DNA from: Candidatus Bathyarchaeota archaeon
GTDB taxonomy: Archaea > Thermoproteota > Bathyarchaeia > TCS64
DNA length: 64,000 nt
Assembly (NCBI GenBank): GCA_963771885.1
Contig: CAVYVF010000002.1
Span: 352,001-416,000, forward strand
Direction: 5' to 3'
Part shown: one piece after another, positions 19,754-29,110 of the stretch
How positions within the stretch are numbered: position 1 is the stretch's first letter
Layout: each line of letters opens with the position of its first letter
The notes under the pieces: model-generated
What the model was told of the DNA's origin: nothing
Databases searched by the model: none
The model's input: only the letters and a program-made list of their open reading frames with translations
Made by a program: the position numbers and the translations under genes

Positions 19754-20137
19754 ATGGACCCACTAGTTAACGCACTAAACACGATAATGAACCACGAGGG
19801 AAGGCGTAAGAATGAATGCATAGTCACCCCCGCCTCCGGCCTCGTAGGCAGGGTCCTCCGCCTCATCCAGCAGAAGGGCTACATAGGCGAGATCGAGTTC
19901 ATCGACGACGGCAGGCAGGGCAAGTTCCGCGTCCAGCTCTTCGGTCGCATCAATGAGTGCAAGGCTGTCCAGCCTCGCTACTCAACAAAGGTCAAGGAGA
20001 TGGAGAAGTGGGAGAAGCGCTTCCTCCCGAGCCGAGACCTTGGAGCGGTCATACTATCAACCCCAAAAGGTGTCATCGACCACCGACAAGCCAAGGAGCT
20101 CAACGTCGGCGGCGTCGTGATAGCCTACGTCTACTAA
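19754..20137 (+). CDS. rps8: 30S ribosomal protein S8 (uS8)
   Basis: DPLVNAL, GYIGEIEFIDDGR, ILSTPKGV. Confidence 0.97.
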   Translation: MDPLVNALNTIMNHEGRRKNECIVTPASGLVGRVLRLIQQKGYIGEIEFIDDGRQGKFRVQLFGRINECKAVQPRYSTKVKEMEKWEKRFLPSRDLGAVILSTPKGVIDHRQAKELNVGGVVIAYVY

Positions 20138-20148
20138 GGTGAGATAAA

Positions 20149-20682
20149 GTGTCTGTACAAGTAGTTGAAAAAACGGTTGAGATCCCAGAGAACGTACAGC
20201 TGACCTTAGATGGTAGGAAGATCACGGTACAGGGACCCAAAGGCAAGATCGTGAAGGACTTCACACACACCAAGCTCAACATGTCGATGGAGGGCAACCT
20301 CCTAAGGCTCAGCGTCGAGAACCCGCGCAGGACCGAAGCGGCCCTCGTTGGGACGATCAGCGCCCATGTCAAGAACATGATAAAAGGCGTGAGCCATGGC
20401 TGGGTCTACAAAATGAAGATCGTTTTCGTCCACTTCCCCACCGCCGTAAAGGTCGTTGGTAAAAAAGTCACTATTGAGAACTTCGTCGGCGAGAGGAAGG
20501 CACGCATCGCCGACGTAATCGGAGACACAAAAATCACAATAAAGCAGGATGATATCATCCTAGAAGGCATCGATATAGAAGAGGTCAGCCAGACGGCCGC
20601 CAACATACAGTCCCGAGCAAAGGTACACAATAAGGACCTGAGAAAGTTCCTAGACGGTATATACGTCTACAGCAGGGAGTGA
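20149..20682 (+). CDS. rpl6: 50S ribosomal protein L6 (uL6)
   Basis: VQGPKG, NMIKGV, HFP, NFVGE, DLRKFLDGIY. Confidence 0.97.
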   Translation: MSVQVVEKTVEIPENVQLTLDGRKITVQGPKGKIVKDFTHTKLNMSMEGNLLRLSVENPRRTEAALVGTISAHVKNMIKGVSHGWVYKMKIVFVHFPTAVKVVGKKVTIENFVGERKARIADVIGDTKITIKQDDIILEGIDIEEVSQTAANIQSRAKVHNKDLRKFLDGIYVYSRE

Positions 20683-20689
20683 ATGAAAG

Positions 20690-21121
20690 ATGAGTGACAC
20701 CGAAAAGAGAAGACTACTCAAGGTCAGGAAGAGACTCAACCAGAGCAGGCCAAAGTTCCACGCCTTCGAGTCTTGGCGATTCATAAAGATCAAGCCGCGC
20801 TGGAGAAAGCCCCGCGGAATCGACAACAAGATGCGCACAAACGAGCGCGGCTGGCCCAAGGTAGCCAACATCGGCTGGGGCGGCCCCGCCGCAGTACGCG
20901 GACTGCATCCCTCCGGGAAGGAAGAGATCTTAATCGCAACGGTAATAGACCTCAAGGCAGTAAAGCCAGAGACTCAGGTCGCCAGGATAAGCAGAACCGT
21001 AGGCGGAAAGAAGAGGGCAATGATACTCGAGGAAGCCGAAAAGCTCGGCATAAAGATCCTAAATACGAGAGCCAAGCCGAAGCCCTCCGACTTCGAGAAA
21101 CTTGAGGAGGAAAAGCAATGA
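20690..21121 (+). CDS. rpl32e: 50S ribosomal protein L32e
   Basis: WRKPRGIDNKMR, RGLHPSG. Confidence 0.97.
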   Translation: MSDTEKRRLLKVRKRLNQSRPKFHAFESWRFIKIKPRWRKPRGIDNKMRTNERGWPKVANIGWGGPAAVRGLHPSGKEEILIATVIDLKAVKPETQVARISRTVGGKKRAMILEEAEKLGIKILNTRAKPKPSDFEKLEEEKQ

Positions 21122-21576
21122 ACCTCACAAACCAGCGAAGACTAGCAGCTTCCCTCCTCGAGGTCGGCGTCAACCGCGTCTGGATAAACCCCGAAAAGAT
21201 CGAGGACGTCGAAGGCGCTATCACGAGAGACGAGATAAGGAAACTCATCAGGGAAGGCACGATAAAAGCACTCCCAGAGAACGGCACGAGCCGTGGACGT
21301 GCGAGAGTCCTCGCCCAGAAGAAGCGTACCGGCCGTAGGATCGGTTCGGGTACAAAGAAGGGCAAGGCGTTCGCAGAGGTCTCGGAGAAGACCCGCTGGA
21401 TGAATCGCATACGCGCCTTACGCAGGAAACTCACGGAGCTCCGCGACCAACGCGTCATCACAGTCGGCACCTACCGCAACCTCTACATGAAGGCGAAGGG
21501 CGGAGAGTTCCGCAGCCTCGCCGAGCTGGATAGGCACATAAATGAGCAGAAACTAAGGAGGCGCACCTTTGGCTAA
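21118..21576 (+). CDS. rpl19e: 50S ribosomal protein L19e
   Basis: QRRLAA, RVWINP, AITRDEIRKLI, WMNRIRALR, YMKAKGG.F. Confidence 0.97.
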   Translation: MNLTNQRRLAASLLEVGVNRVWINPEKIEDVEGAITRDEIRKLIREGTIKALPENGTSRGRARVLAQKKRTGRRIGSGTKKGKAFAEVSEKTRWMNRIRALRRKLTELRDQRVITVGTYRNLYMKAKGGEFRSLAELDRHINEQKLRRRTFG

Positions 21577-22153
21577 AGACGCACGATACAGAGTCGCATA
21601 CAGGCGAAGAAGGCAGCAGAAGACCGACTACCAGGCGAGGAGGATACTTGCCACTTCCGAGAACCCACGCTTCGTCGTGAGGGCCTCAAACAAGGGTATA
21701 CTCGCACAGGTAGTCAAAGCTGAGCTGATAGGAGACAAGGTACTGACGCAAGCAGCCTCCAACGAGCTAGTCAGCAAGTACGGATGGCAAGCAAGCGGGA
21801 AGAGCATCCCCGCGGGCTACCTCTTGGGACTCATCGCCGGACACAAGGCGATCAAGGAGGGCATAGAAACCGCGTATCTAGACCTCGGGCTCAAGAGACC
21901 CACTAAGGGCTCTAAAATATTCGCTGTGGTCAAAGGCGCGATCGACGCTGGGCTTAATATCCCCTGCGACAGCGACATCATCCCACCGCCGGAGAGAATA
22001 AACGGCGGAGATATCGCAAAATATGCTCAGGTCATCGACTCTGAAGGTTACGAGAAGTACTTTTCGGTCTACCTCAGGAAGAGTCTTAGGCCAGAGCAGC
22101 TCCCCGAGCATTTCGAGGAGACGAAGAAGAAGATCCAGGAGGACTGGGCGTAA
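21569..22153 (+). CDS. rpl18: 50S ribosomal protein L18 (uL18)
   Basis: RRRR..KTDY, RFVVR.SN, AYLDLGL, KGAIDAGLNIP. Confidence 0.97.
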   Translation: MAKDARYRVAYRRRRQQKTDYQARRILATSENPRFVVRASNKGILAQVVKAELIGDKVLTQAASNELVSKYGWQASGKSIPAGYLLGLIAGHKAIKEGIETAYLDLGLKRPTKGSKIFAVVKGAIDAGLNIPCDSDIIPPPERINGGDIAKYAQVIDSEGYEKYFSVYLRKSLRPEQLPEHFEETKKKIQEDWA

Positions 22154-22797
22154 TGAGCAGAGAATACGATAGGGAAGGCCCGTCACTAGAGGACTGGGTG
22201 CCCCGTACACAGCTGGGCAAGATGGTCAAGGAAGGCCAGATCACCTCCATACAGGACATCTTCCGCGAGGGCTACAAGGTCAGGGAGGTTGAGGTAATCG
22301 ACTTTCTTGTCCAGGACCTCAAGGACGAGGTCATCGACATCGCTATGGTCCAGAAGCAGACAGACGCCGGCGAGAACTCCAGGTTCCGCGCCGTCGTCGC
22401 AGTCGGCAACGGTAACGGTCTCATCGGGCTCGGAACCGGAAAGGCCAAGCGTGTCCGAAACGCCATCGAGAAGGGAATCCGCATGGCAAAGCTCAACCTC
22501 TACCCCATAAAGAGGGGCTGCGGCAGCTGGGAGTGCGGATGCGGCGAGACACACTCACTACCCTTCCGCGTCGACGGCAAGGCGGGAAGCGTCGTGCTAA
22601 CGCTGCTCCCAGGCCCCCAGGGCCTCGGCCTCGTCGTAGGCGACACCGCTAAGGTCGTCCTTCAGCTAGCGGGCATCAAAGACTGCTGGTCAAAGGCGAC
22701 GGGCACGACGACAACAACTACCTCATTCGCATTCGCAACATTCGAGGCACTCAAGCAGACCGGTAAGATCATGACACCCCAGGAGTGGACCGCGTAA
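22153..22797 (+). CDS. rps5: 30S ribosomal protein S5 (uS5)
   Basis: WVPRTQLG, VQKQTDAG, RGCGSWECGC, LAGIKDCW. Confidence 0.97.
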   Translation: MSREYDREGPSLEDWVPRTQLGKMVKEGQITSIQDIFREGYKVREVEVIDFLVQDLKDEVIDIAMVQKQTDAGENSRFRAVVAVGNGNGLIGLGTGKAKRVRNAIEKGIRMAKLNLYPIKRGCGSWECGCGETHSLPFRVDGKAGSVVLTLLPGPQGLGLVVGDTAKVVLQLAGIKDCWSKATGTTTTTTSFAFATFEALKQTGKIMTPQEWTA

Positions 22798-22798
22798 A

Positions 22799-23272
22799 AT
22801 GACCGGCAAGACACTTTATGTAGTACGCATCAGAGGTGGAGTCGATGCCCGGAAGACCGTAGAAGCCACACTGACGATGCTCCGTATGGAACGCAACAAC
22901 TACGCCACCATACTGAGGGAGAATCCCTCATACATCGGCATGCTCAGAAAGGTCAAGGACTACGTCACCTGGGGCGAGCCCACTGCCGAGACGGTGAAGC
23001 TCCTCCTCGAGACGCGGGGAAAGCTCGTTGGCGAGGAGAAGGTTACCGACGAGGCGCTGAAGAACCTCGGATACGACAGCGTCGAGGCGCTCTCGAATGC
23101 AATAGCTTCTGGGGCGGTAGAGTTCAGCCAACTCAACGGCGTCAAACCTTTCTTCAGGATGCACCCACCAAAGAAGGGCTTCAAGAAGACCGTTAAACGT
23201 CCCTACAGGGACCGCGGCGAGCTCGGCTACAGGGGAGAAGCCATAAACGAGCTCATTAAGAGGATGTGCTAA
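22799..23272 (+). CDS. rpl30: 50S ribosomal protein L30 (uL30)
   Basis: VVRIRG, KDYVTWGE, PFFRMHPPKKG, GELGYRG. Confidence 0.97.
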   Translation: MTGKTLYVVRIRGGVDARKTVEATLTMLRMERNNYATILRENPSYIGMLRKVKDYVTWGEPTAETVKLLLETRGKLVGEEKVTDEALKNLGYDSVEALSNAIASGAVEFSQLNGVKPFFRMHPPKKGFKKTVKRPYRDRGELGYRGEAINELIKRMC

Positions 23273-23289
23273 AAGGAGAGAATTGAAAG

Positions 23290-23715
23290 ATGCCTCACGA
23301 TCTAAGAAGAACACGCAGATACCGTGGATCGAGATACTGCGGCTGGGGCCAGGTAGGCCAGCACCGCAAGTCCGGCAGCCGAGGAGGAAAAGGTTTCGCC
23401 GGAGGCCACAAGCACTTCTGGATCCAGACAGTGAAGTACAACCCGAACCGCTTTAGGCGCATCGGTTTCGTACCACCATCGTCGCTTGAGCCCATGCCTG
23501 CAACGATAAACGTCGGAGAGCTAGAAGCACTAGCTGCAAAGATCCTCGGTGTAGACTCGGTGAAGAGCGGAGTAGAACTGGACCTCAGAGAGGTTGGGAT
23601 AGGAAAGCTTCTCGGGAGGGGAAGCATCTCGACTGCCCTCAAGGTCCGTGTCGAGTCCGCCTCTGCGGGTGCCAAAACTAAATTAGAGGAAGCCGGCGGC
23701 TCTATAGTAGAGTGA
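23290..23715 (+). CDS. rpl15: 50S ribosomal protein L15 (uL15)
   Basis: RGSR..GWG, GSRGGKG.AGG.KH, KLLGRG, KLEEAGG. Confidence 0.97.
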   Translation: MPHDLRRTRRYRGSRYCGWGQVGQHRKSGSRGGKGFAGGHKHFWIQTVKYNPNRFRRIGFVPPSSLEPMPATINVGELEALAAKILGVDSVKSGVELDLREVGIGKLLGRGSISTALKVRVESASAGAKTKLEEAGGSIVE

Positions 23716-25130
23716 TAGCCTTGCGCTTCCTCGAACTCTTCAAACCCATATCGAGAATTATACCGGAGGTAAAGCCGCCGGAGAGGAAGGTCAGCTTCCA
23801 GAACAGACTCATCTGGACCTTCCTCGCGCTTCTCATCTACTTCATCATGTCGGAGATACCGCTCTACGGTATATCTCCTGTAGTAGAGCAAGGTACTTTC
23901 GCTGCATATCGGGTAATCTTCGCTTCTACAAGGGGCACACTTATGGAGCTCGGGATAGGTCCAATAGTTACAGCCGGGCTCATAATACAGCTACTCGCAG
24001 GCTCAGATATCATATCTTTCGATAGGAGTAGCCCAGAAGACCGCGGGCTATTCACTACTGCAAGCAAGTTCTTCTCAATAATCATGATCATCGTACAGGC
24101 TGCTCTTTACATTATAAGTGGTCAGTACGGCACAGTTGCACTTACGCAGTCGTTGCTCATCTTCGGCCAGTTGCTCGCCGCCGGCATCATAATCATGCTG
24201 CTCGATGAGCTCGTCCAGAAGGGCTGGGGCATCGGCAGCGGCATAAGCCTCTTCATCGTCGGTGGGATCACCGCGAACATCTGGTGGATGAGCCTCAGCT
24301 TCATCAACTACGACGGGAGGGCATACGGCGCACTCGTCGCCTTCTTCCAAGGCATACTCAATGGACTCCCTGCACTGGAGTGGTTTTATAGGTCCAACGG
24401 CGCCCCAGACATGGTCGGCTTCTTCACGACGCTAATGGTCTTCGTCTTCGTCATATACATCGAAGGCATGCGCGTCGAGCTACCGATCAGCCACAGCATG
24501 TACCGCGGCTATAGGGGCAGGATGCCAATCAAACTCCTATATGTCTCCAACATCCCCGTCATACTTGCCTACGCACTTTTCGCAAACTTCCAGATGATTG
24601 GACAGTTCGTCTGGAGCCGATGGAACGTCGCTAACGACAACAACTGGCTCAATTGGCTTGGAACATTCACGTACTCGGCCCAGGGGACACCCACCGCGAC
24701 GGGAGGGATCGTCTACTTCATTACAGCACCCGGCACGTTACAGAATGTGCTCAACGCGCCAATTCAGGCGCTGATCTATGCGGTCATCGTCATCGTGTTC
24801 TGCGTAATTTTCAGTATGACGTGGCTCGAGATCGGCGGACTCGGCGCCGAGGACATGGCTGACCAACTCCTCAATTCTGGCATGCAGATCTCAGGATTCA
24901 GGAGGAACAAGCAGCCTATAGTTGCCCTGCTTAACAGGTACATCCCTACAATCACTATCATCGGCGGAGCAATAGTCGGTGCCCTCGCCGCCTTTTCGGA
25001 CTTCTTCGGAGTCTTCGGAAGCGGAATGGGTGCGCTTCTTGCCGTCAGCATCCTATACCAGTACTATCAGACGATAGTGCAGGAGCAGGTCGCAGACCTC
25101 TATCCGTTCCTGCGCGGCGCACTCGAGTAG
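23712..25130 (+). CDS. secY: Preprotein translocase subunit SecY
   Basis: GTLMELGIGPIVTAG, GWGIGSGISLFI, PIKLLYVSNIPVIL; multiple TM helices. Confidence 0.97.
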   Translation: MIALRFLELFKPISRIIPEVKPPERKVSFQNRLIWTFLALLIYFIMSEIPLYGISPVVEQGTFAAYRVIFASTRGTLMELGIGPIVTAGLIIQLLAGSDIISFDRSSPEDRGLFTTASKFFSIIMIIVQAALYIISGQYGTVALTQSLLIFGQLLAAGIIIMLLDELVQKGWGIGSGISLFIVGGITANIWWMSLSFINYDGRAYGALVAFFQGILNGLPALEWFYRSNGAPDMVGFFTTLMVFVFVIYIEGMRVELPISHSMYRGYRGRMPIKLLYVSNIPVILAYALFANFQMIGQFVWSRWNVANDNNWLNWLGTFTYSAQGTPTATGGIVYFITAPGTLQNVLNAPIQALIYAVIVIVFCVIFSMTWLEIGGLGAEDMADQLLNSGMQISGFRRNKQPIVALLNRYIPTITIIGGAIVGALAAFSDFFGVFGSGMGALLAVSILYQYYQTIVQEQVADLYPFLRGALE

Positions 25131-25162
25131 AACCTGAACCCCTTATTCATCCTCGGGGCATT

Positions 25163-25207
25163 TTTATGTCCATAATGTTGAGACCTCTCTTATTATAAGG
25201 CGTAAGA
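25163..25207 (+). repeat. Dispersed ~45-bp intergenic repeat, copy A
   Basis: TTTATGTCCATAATGTTGAGACCTCTCTTATTATAAGGCGTAAGA; aligns by eye with the copies at 28150, 34238, 38491 and 50767. Confidence 0.6.
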
Positions 25208-25517
25208 AATCGCTTAACCAAACGGAGCCCGAAAACGGCTCCTTTCGGGTAGCAACCCTCCCCCATTACACATTGATGTTAAAAATTGAGTTTGAAAGAG
25301 GCGTTTTTCGGGTTTCTTCCAAAACACGGATAGAATCATTGTACATCGGCGTTTCGTTGATGACTATCAGCATAACCATGAATTATCCGATACCGGCTTC
25401 TAGTCTTGAACTTCGATGGATGCGCGTGAAGGTCGCCGTGGACTGCAGAAAAAAAATTGGCGGCAAGTGAACGCGGAACCTTTTTCAGGTCTTCACTTCG
25501 ATATAGGCTCGGTCTAG

Positions 25518-26810
25518 ATGTACCAGCCACCACGAGGCACACGAGACTACCTCCCAGACGAGATGTACAAGAGGAACTGGGTCCTCGAGCAGATACGCGA
25601 TGTCTACGAAGCGTACGGCTTCGAGCCGCTCGGCACACCCGCGTTCGAGAGCTGGGAGCTCCTCAAGCAGAAGAGCGGAGAGGACGTGATCAACCAGATC
25701 TACTACTTCCGCGACAAGGCGGACCGGGAGCTTGGTCTCAGGTTTGACCTGACTACAAGCCTGGCGAGGGTGGTGGCGACGCATAGGGAGCTACAAATGC
25801 CTTTCAAGAGGTATGCTATCGGCACGGTCTGGCGCTATGAGAACCCCACAGAGAAGCGTTTCAGAGAGTTCTGGCAGGCAGACGCCGACACGGTGGGAGT
25901 ATTCGATGTCATCGCGGACGCCGAGGTCCTCTCGGCTGCTGTCGATTGCCTACGCCGGATGGGCTTCGAGGGCTTCGTCATCAAGTTGAACGATCGAAGA
26001 ATTCTAGAAGAGTTCATCCTAAAAACTGGTATCTCGAAGGATCGAATTCTTGAGGCTATTCGTGCCGTTGACAAGCTGCTGAAAATAGGGCGAGACGGTG
26101 TAATAGATGAGCTGAGACGGCTAGCGATCGACCCGGATGAGTCAGCCAAACTACTCGACGCCATCTCCATAACGGGTGACCCAGAGACCATACTAACGAA
26201 CGCTGAAAAGAGGCTTAACGACTCCGAGCTAGGTCTGAAGGGCTGTAAGGCACTTAGGGACATGATCACCTACGCGAAATCGTTCGGGTATGCGGAGTAC
26301 ATCGTAGTCGAGTTGAACCTTGCTAGAGGCCTGGACTATTACACAGGCCCCGTCTTCGAGGTGTCAGCGAAGGGTTACGAGGACTACGGGAGCATAGCCG
26401 GTGGCGGTCGCTACGACGAGATCATTAACATCTTCGGTGGGCAGTCGACTCCCGCAACGGGTATTTCTTTTGGTATAGAGCGTCTCGTTTCCCTATTGGA
26501 GAAGAAGGGCGGATTCGAGAACGTCGTCTTAGGCATCGATATACTTGTGGCTCCAGTGTCCGAGGGTGCAAGGAGCGAAGCGGTCAAGGTGGCTCAGGAA
26601 CTTCGATCCTCTGGCTACTCCACGCTCATTGATCTCATGGGCAGACGTTTCTCTAAGCAGCTAGAATACGCCGACAAGAAGCACGTACGTAAAGTCGTTA
26701 TCCTTGGCGACAAGGAGATCGCTGAAGGCAGTGTGACAATCAAGGACATGGAGACAGGTGAGCAAACAAAGGTCAAGCGCGGTGAGCTACTGGGCTATCT
26801 CCGTTCCTAG
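25518..26810 (+). CDS. hisS: Histidyl-tRNA synthetase
   Basis: PRGTRD, LRFDLT, RFREFWQ.D, LARGLDYYTG, AGGGRYD, FGIER. Confidence 0.97.
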   Translation: MYQPPRGTRDYLPDEMYKRNWVLEQIRDVYEAYGFEPLGTPAFESWELLKQKSGEDVINQIYYFRDKADRELGLRFDLTTSLARVVATHRELQMPFKRYAIGTVWRYENPTEKRFREFWQADADTVGVFDVIADAEVLSAAVDCLRRMGFEGFVIKLNDRRILEEFILKTGISKDRILEAIRAVDKLLKIGRDGVIDELRRLAIDPDESAKLLDAISITGDPETILTNAEKRLNDSELGLKGCKALRDMITYAKSFGYAEYIVVELNLARGLDYYTGPVFEVSAKGYEDYGSIAGGGRYDEIINIFGGQSTPATGISFGIERLVSLLEKKGGFENVVLGIDILVAPVSEGARSEAVKVAQELRSSGYSTLIDLMGRRFSKQLEYADKKHVRKVVILGDKEIAEGSVTIKDMETGEQTKVKRGELLGYLRS

Positions 26811-27335
26811 TTTAATGAGATTAGCTTTCTCAAGTCCGTAGTATACAATCTCACCACGCCTATCTATTACCGCGAGCTTAAGAGTCCTGCCTGATTCAGA
26901 GGACTGTTTTAGAGCTATCTCGAGGTCGCCTATAGTTTCATTCATTCCTTCGTAGATGGTGTGTATCTCGTAGCACGGCGGCTTCTTGGAGTAGGTTCCA
27001 CGCTCGTAGACTAGGAAGGTCGAGGATTGATCCGCAGGGGTTTTAGCTACGAACCCACGCCCCCTTATGTCCCTGTAAATTATGTACGTGGTCCAGAGAA
27101 GGGTGTTTCTCTCCAGTTCCCTGTCGAGGATCTCCTGAAAGCTCAGTATCTTTTTCTTGGCCTCGTCGATGACCCAGAGGCGTTCCCTCTCTACTAAGTA
27201 GAGCGCCTCGCTCGGCGTCAGTGCTAATATGGTGCCTTGTCGTCGACCGTAGCCGTCCTGGTAGAGGCTGTCTGCCTCGCCCTGTGTCGGGATTAAGATC
27301 TTTTCACCGGCGTAGACGGCGTTGGCTCGCTGCAC
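26787..27335 (-). CDS. endA: tRNA splicing endonuclease subunit, probably the non-catalytic structural (beta) subunit
   Basis: EALYL, Y..YRD.RGRGF, LAVIDRRGEIVYY. The GxKYG motif and catalytic His are not evident. Confidence 0.8.
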   Translation of the reverse strand: MQRANAVYAGEKILIPTQGEADSLYQDGYGRRQGTILALTPSEALYLVERERLWVIDEAKKKILSFQEILDRELERNTLLWTTYIIYRDIRGRGFVAKTPADQSSTFLVYERGTYSKKPPCYEIHTIYEGMNETIGDLEIALKQSSESGRTLKLAVIDRRGEIVYYGLEKANLIKLGTEIAQ

Positions 27336-27461
27336 AGCTATTCATATGTGTGACTCGGATAAAACCTTGTCACGGCCTTTTTTTGGTGATTTTCTCTGTT
27401 GTTTACCCTACCCTATCTGGGCTGAAAGGTGTCTGAAAAATGTGTCTTTGGAAGCGTTTTC

Positions 27462-27821
27462 CTACTGCGGTGGGGTTTTCCGTATCTCCCAGCGGCTCTC
27501 GCGTCCCTCGCGTATCCATGTGCCACCGAGCGAGCGCATCGATTCGTTGATAGGTCCCCATAGGTCGCCGAGGAACTTCTTGGGGCTCACGAGGGTGACG
27601 TCCTCGCCTTCTTCTATGTTAAGGAGGCTGGTGTCGACCCCAGCGGCTTTGAGCTTCTCGGTGAAACTGGAGGTGGCGGGGGGCCAGTCCTGTGCCTCCT
27701 CCTCGACCGCCTCGGTGTGATGGGTAACGGCGGTTGCCTTTCCTACTGAGAGTATGATGCCTATCTTCGAGCCGCAGTCAGGGCAGGTGAGCCAGATCAC
27801 CTTTGATTCTTCTTTGCTCAA
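27462..27821 (-). CDS. Hypothetical protein with a single CxxC motif
   Basis: 119-aa ORF with genome-like codon use, CPDCG near the N-terminus, compact C-terminal domain (SPKKFLG..LGGTWI..SRWEI). Confidence 0.7.
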   Translation of the reverse strand: MSKEESKVIWLTCPDCGSKIGIILSVGKATAVTHHTEAVEEEAQDWPPATSSFTEKLKAAGVDTSLLNIEEGEDVTLVSPKKFLGDLWGPINESMRSLGGTWIREGRESRWEIRKTPPQ

Positions 27822-27943
27822 GTGGCTGTCGGGTTTTCCTAAACCCGTGCGCTATTAAAGTCTCTGCCGATTAGTATTGGAATTTTTTGGTGAGAAAAAA
27901 TTATTTTAATTACGATGTACAACAATACCTCGGAGGATCTGCT

Positions 27944-28117
27944 GTGAGTACCCAGATTCACGAGTTCACGTGTCCTTACTGTCCCCGCAAGTCGGCGAGT
28001 CCTGGAGGGGTCCGTTTTCACGTCAAGTTAACGCATCCGGACAATCTCGATGAGTTCACGGAGAAGCACCTGCCGAAGATGAATGCGCTGTTTAAGCTGG
28101 GACAGTCGGACACTTAA
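27944..28117 (+). CDS. C2H2 zinc-finger microprotein (57 aa)
   Basis: GGAGG RBS then GTG; F-x-CPYC-x12-H-x4-H. Confidence 0.75.
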   Translation: MSTQIHEFTCPYCPRKSASPGGVRFHVKLTHPDNLDEFTEKHLPKMNALFKLGQSDT

Positions 28118-28149
28118 TTGCTTTTAATAGTGCCCGATGGATAGAGTTG

Positions 28150-28190
28150 TTGGCCCTAATCTTGAAGGTATACATTTTATAAGGCCTAGG
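28150..28190 (+). repeat. Dispersed intergenic repeat, copy B
   Basis: TTGGCCCTAATCTTGAAGGTATACATTTTATAAGGCCTAGG. Confidence 0.55.
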
Positions 28191-28384
28191 TTATGGGCAC
28201 CGATCTACGCCCGATCCTCACGGGGTTTTCTCTACGGTATGTAAATTCGTTGAAAGATGAACGTGGCTTGAAAGGCTGGATCGGATGATCGAAGCGGAGC
28301 ATTGGACAAGAACGTTGTCCATGGCTGATCCGGGGATACGCGACCATTTTTTAACCTCCGAGGGCACCGCTTTAATTGATTTAG

Positions 28385-29110
28385 ATGAAGCTCACCGATT
28401 CTGTGTACCTTGTCGGCGGACCAGCCTATGGTTTGTCCCCCGCGGGGGACTGCAACGTCTACCTCGTGGATTGTGGCTCTGAGTATGCACTCATTGACAC
28501 CGGTGGGGGAAATGGCGTGAAGAGGATACTCGATAACATCAGGGACGACGGGTTAGACCCCAAGAAAATAAAGATCGCTTTCCTCACCCACTGTCACTTC
28601 GACCACATCGGCGGGGCGCACGAGGTGAAGCAGACAGTAAATTGTAGGCTCGTCGCTCACAGGCTAGAGGGTAAGGCGATCACCGAGCTCGACGATAACG
28701 TGCTGTTGGACATGGCCCACGCTAGGGGACTCGACTTCAAGGCTCCGAAACTCGACAGCCTACTGGAGGACGGCGACCATATAGACATCGGCGACTCGAG
28801 CTTCGACATCGTCCATACCCCCGGACACACACCCGGATGCATATCGATAAAAATGACCGAGAGGGATAGGAAAGTTGCAGTCTTCCCCGGAGATATCGCC
28901 TCGACGAACGGCAGACTCGGTTTCATTAACGGACCGGGCTTCGACCTCCCTGAGTGGAAAAGGAGCATAAAGAGGCTCATTTCCTTGAAGCCGGATCGCA
29001 TCTACCCCGGGCATAACACCTTCATGGTCAGCGGCGCCACCGAGGACCTCATGGTCACCGACGCGAAGATGAACGCCCCCTGGACGACTATTGTGACGAG
29101 CGTTGGATGA
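28385..29110 (+). CDS. MBL-fold metallo-hydrolase
   Basis: LIDTG, THCHFDHIGG, HTPGHTPG, PGD, YPGH. Confidence 0.9.
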   Translation: MKLTDSVYLVGGPAYGLSPAGDCNVYLVDCGSEYALIDTGGGNGVKRILDNIRDDGLDPKKIKIAFLTHCHFDHIGGAHEVKQTVNCRLVAHRLEGKAITELDDNVLLDMAHARGLDFKAPKLDSLLEDGDHIDIGDSSFDIVHTPGHTPGCISIKMTERDRKVAVFPGDIASTNGRLGFINGPGFDLPEWKRSIKRLISLKPDRIYPGHNTFMVSGATEDLMVTDAKMNAPWTTIVTSVG

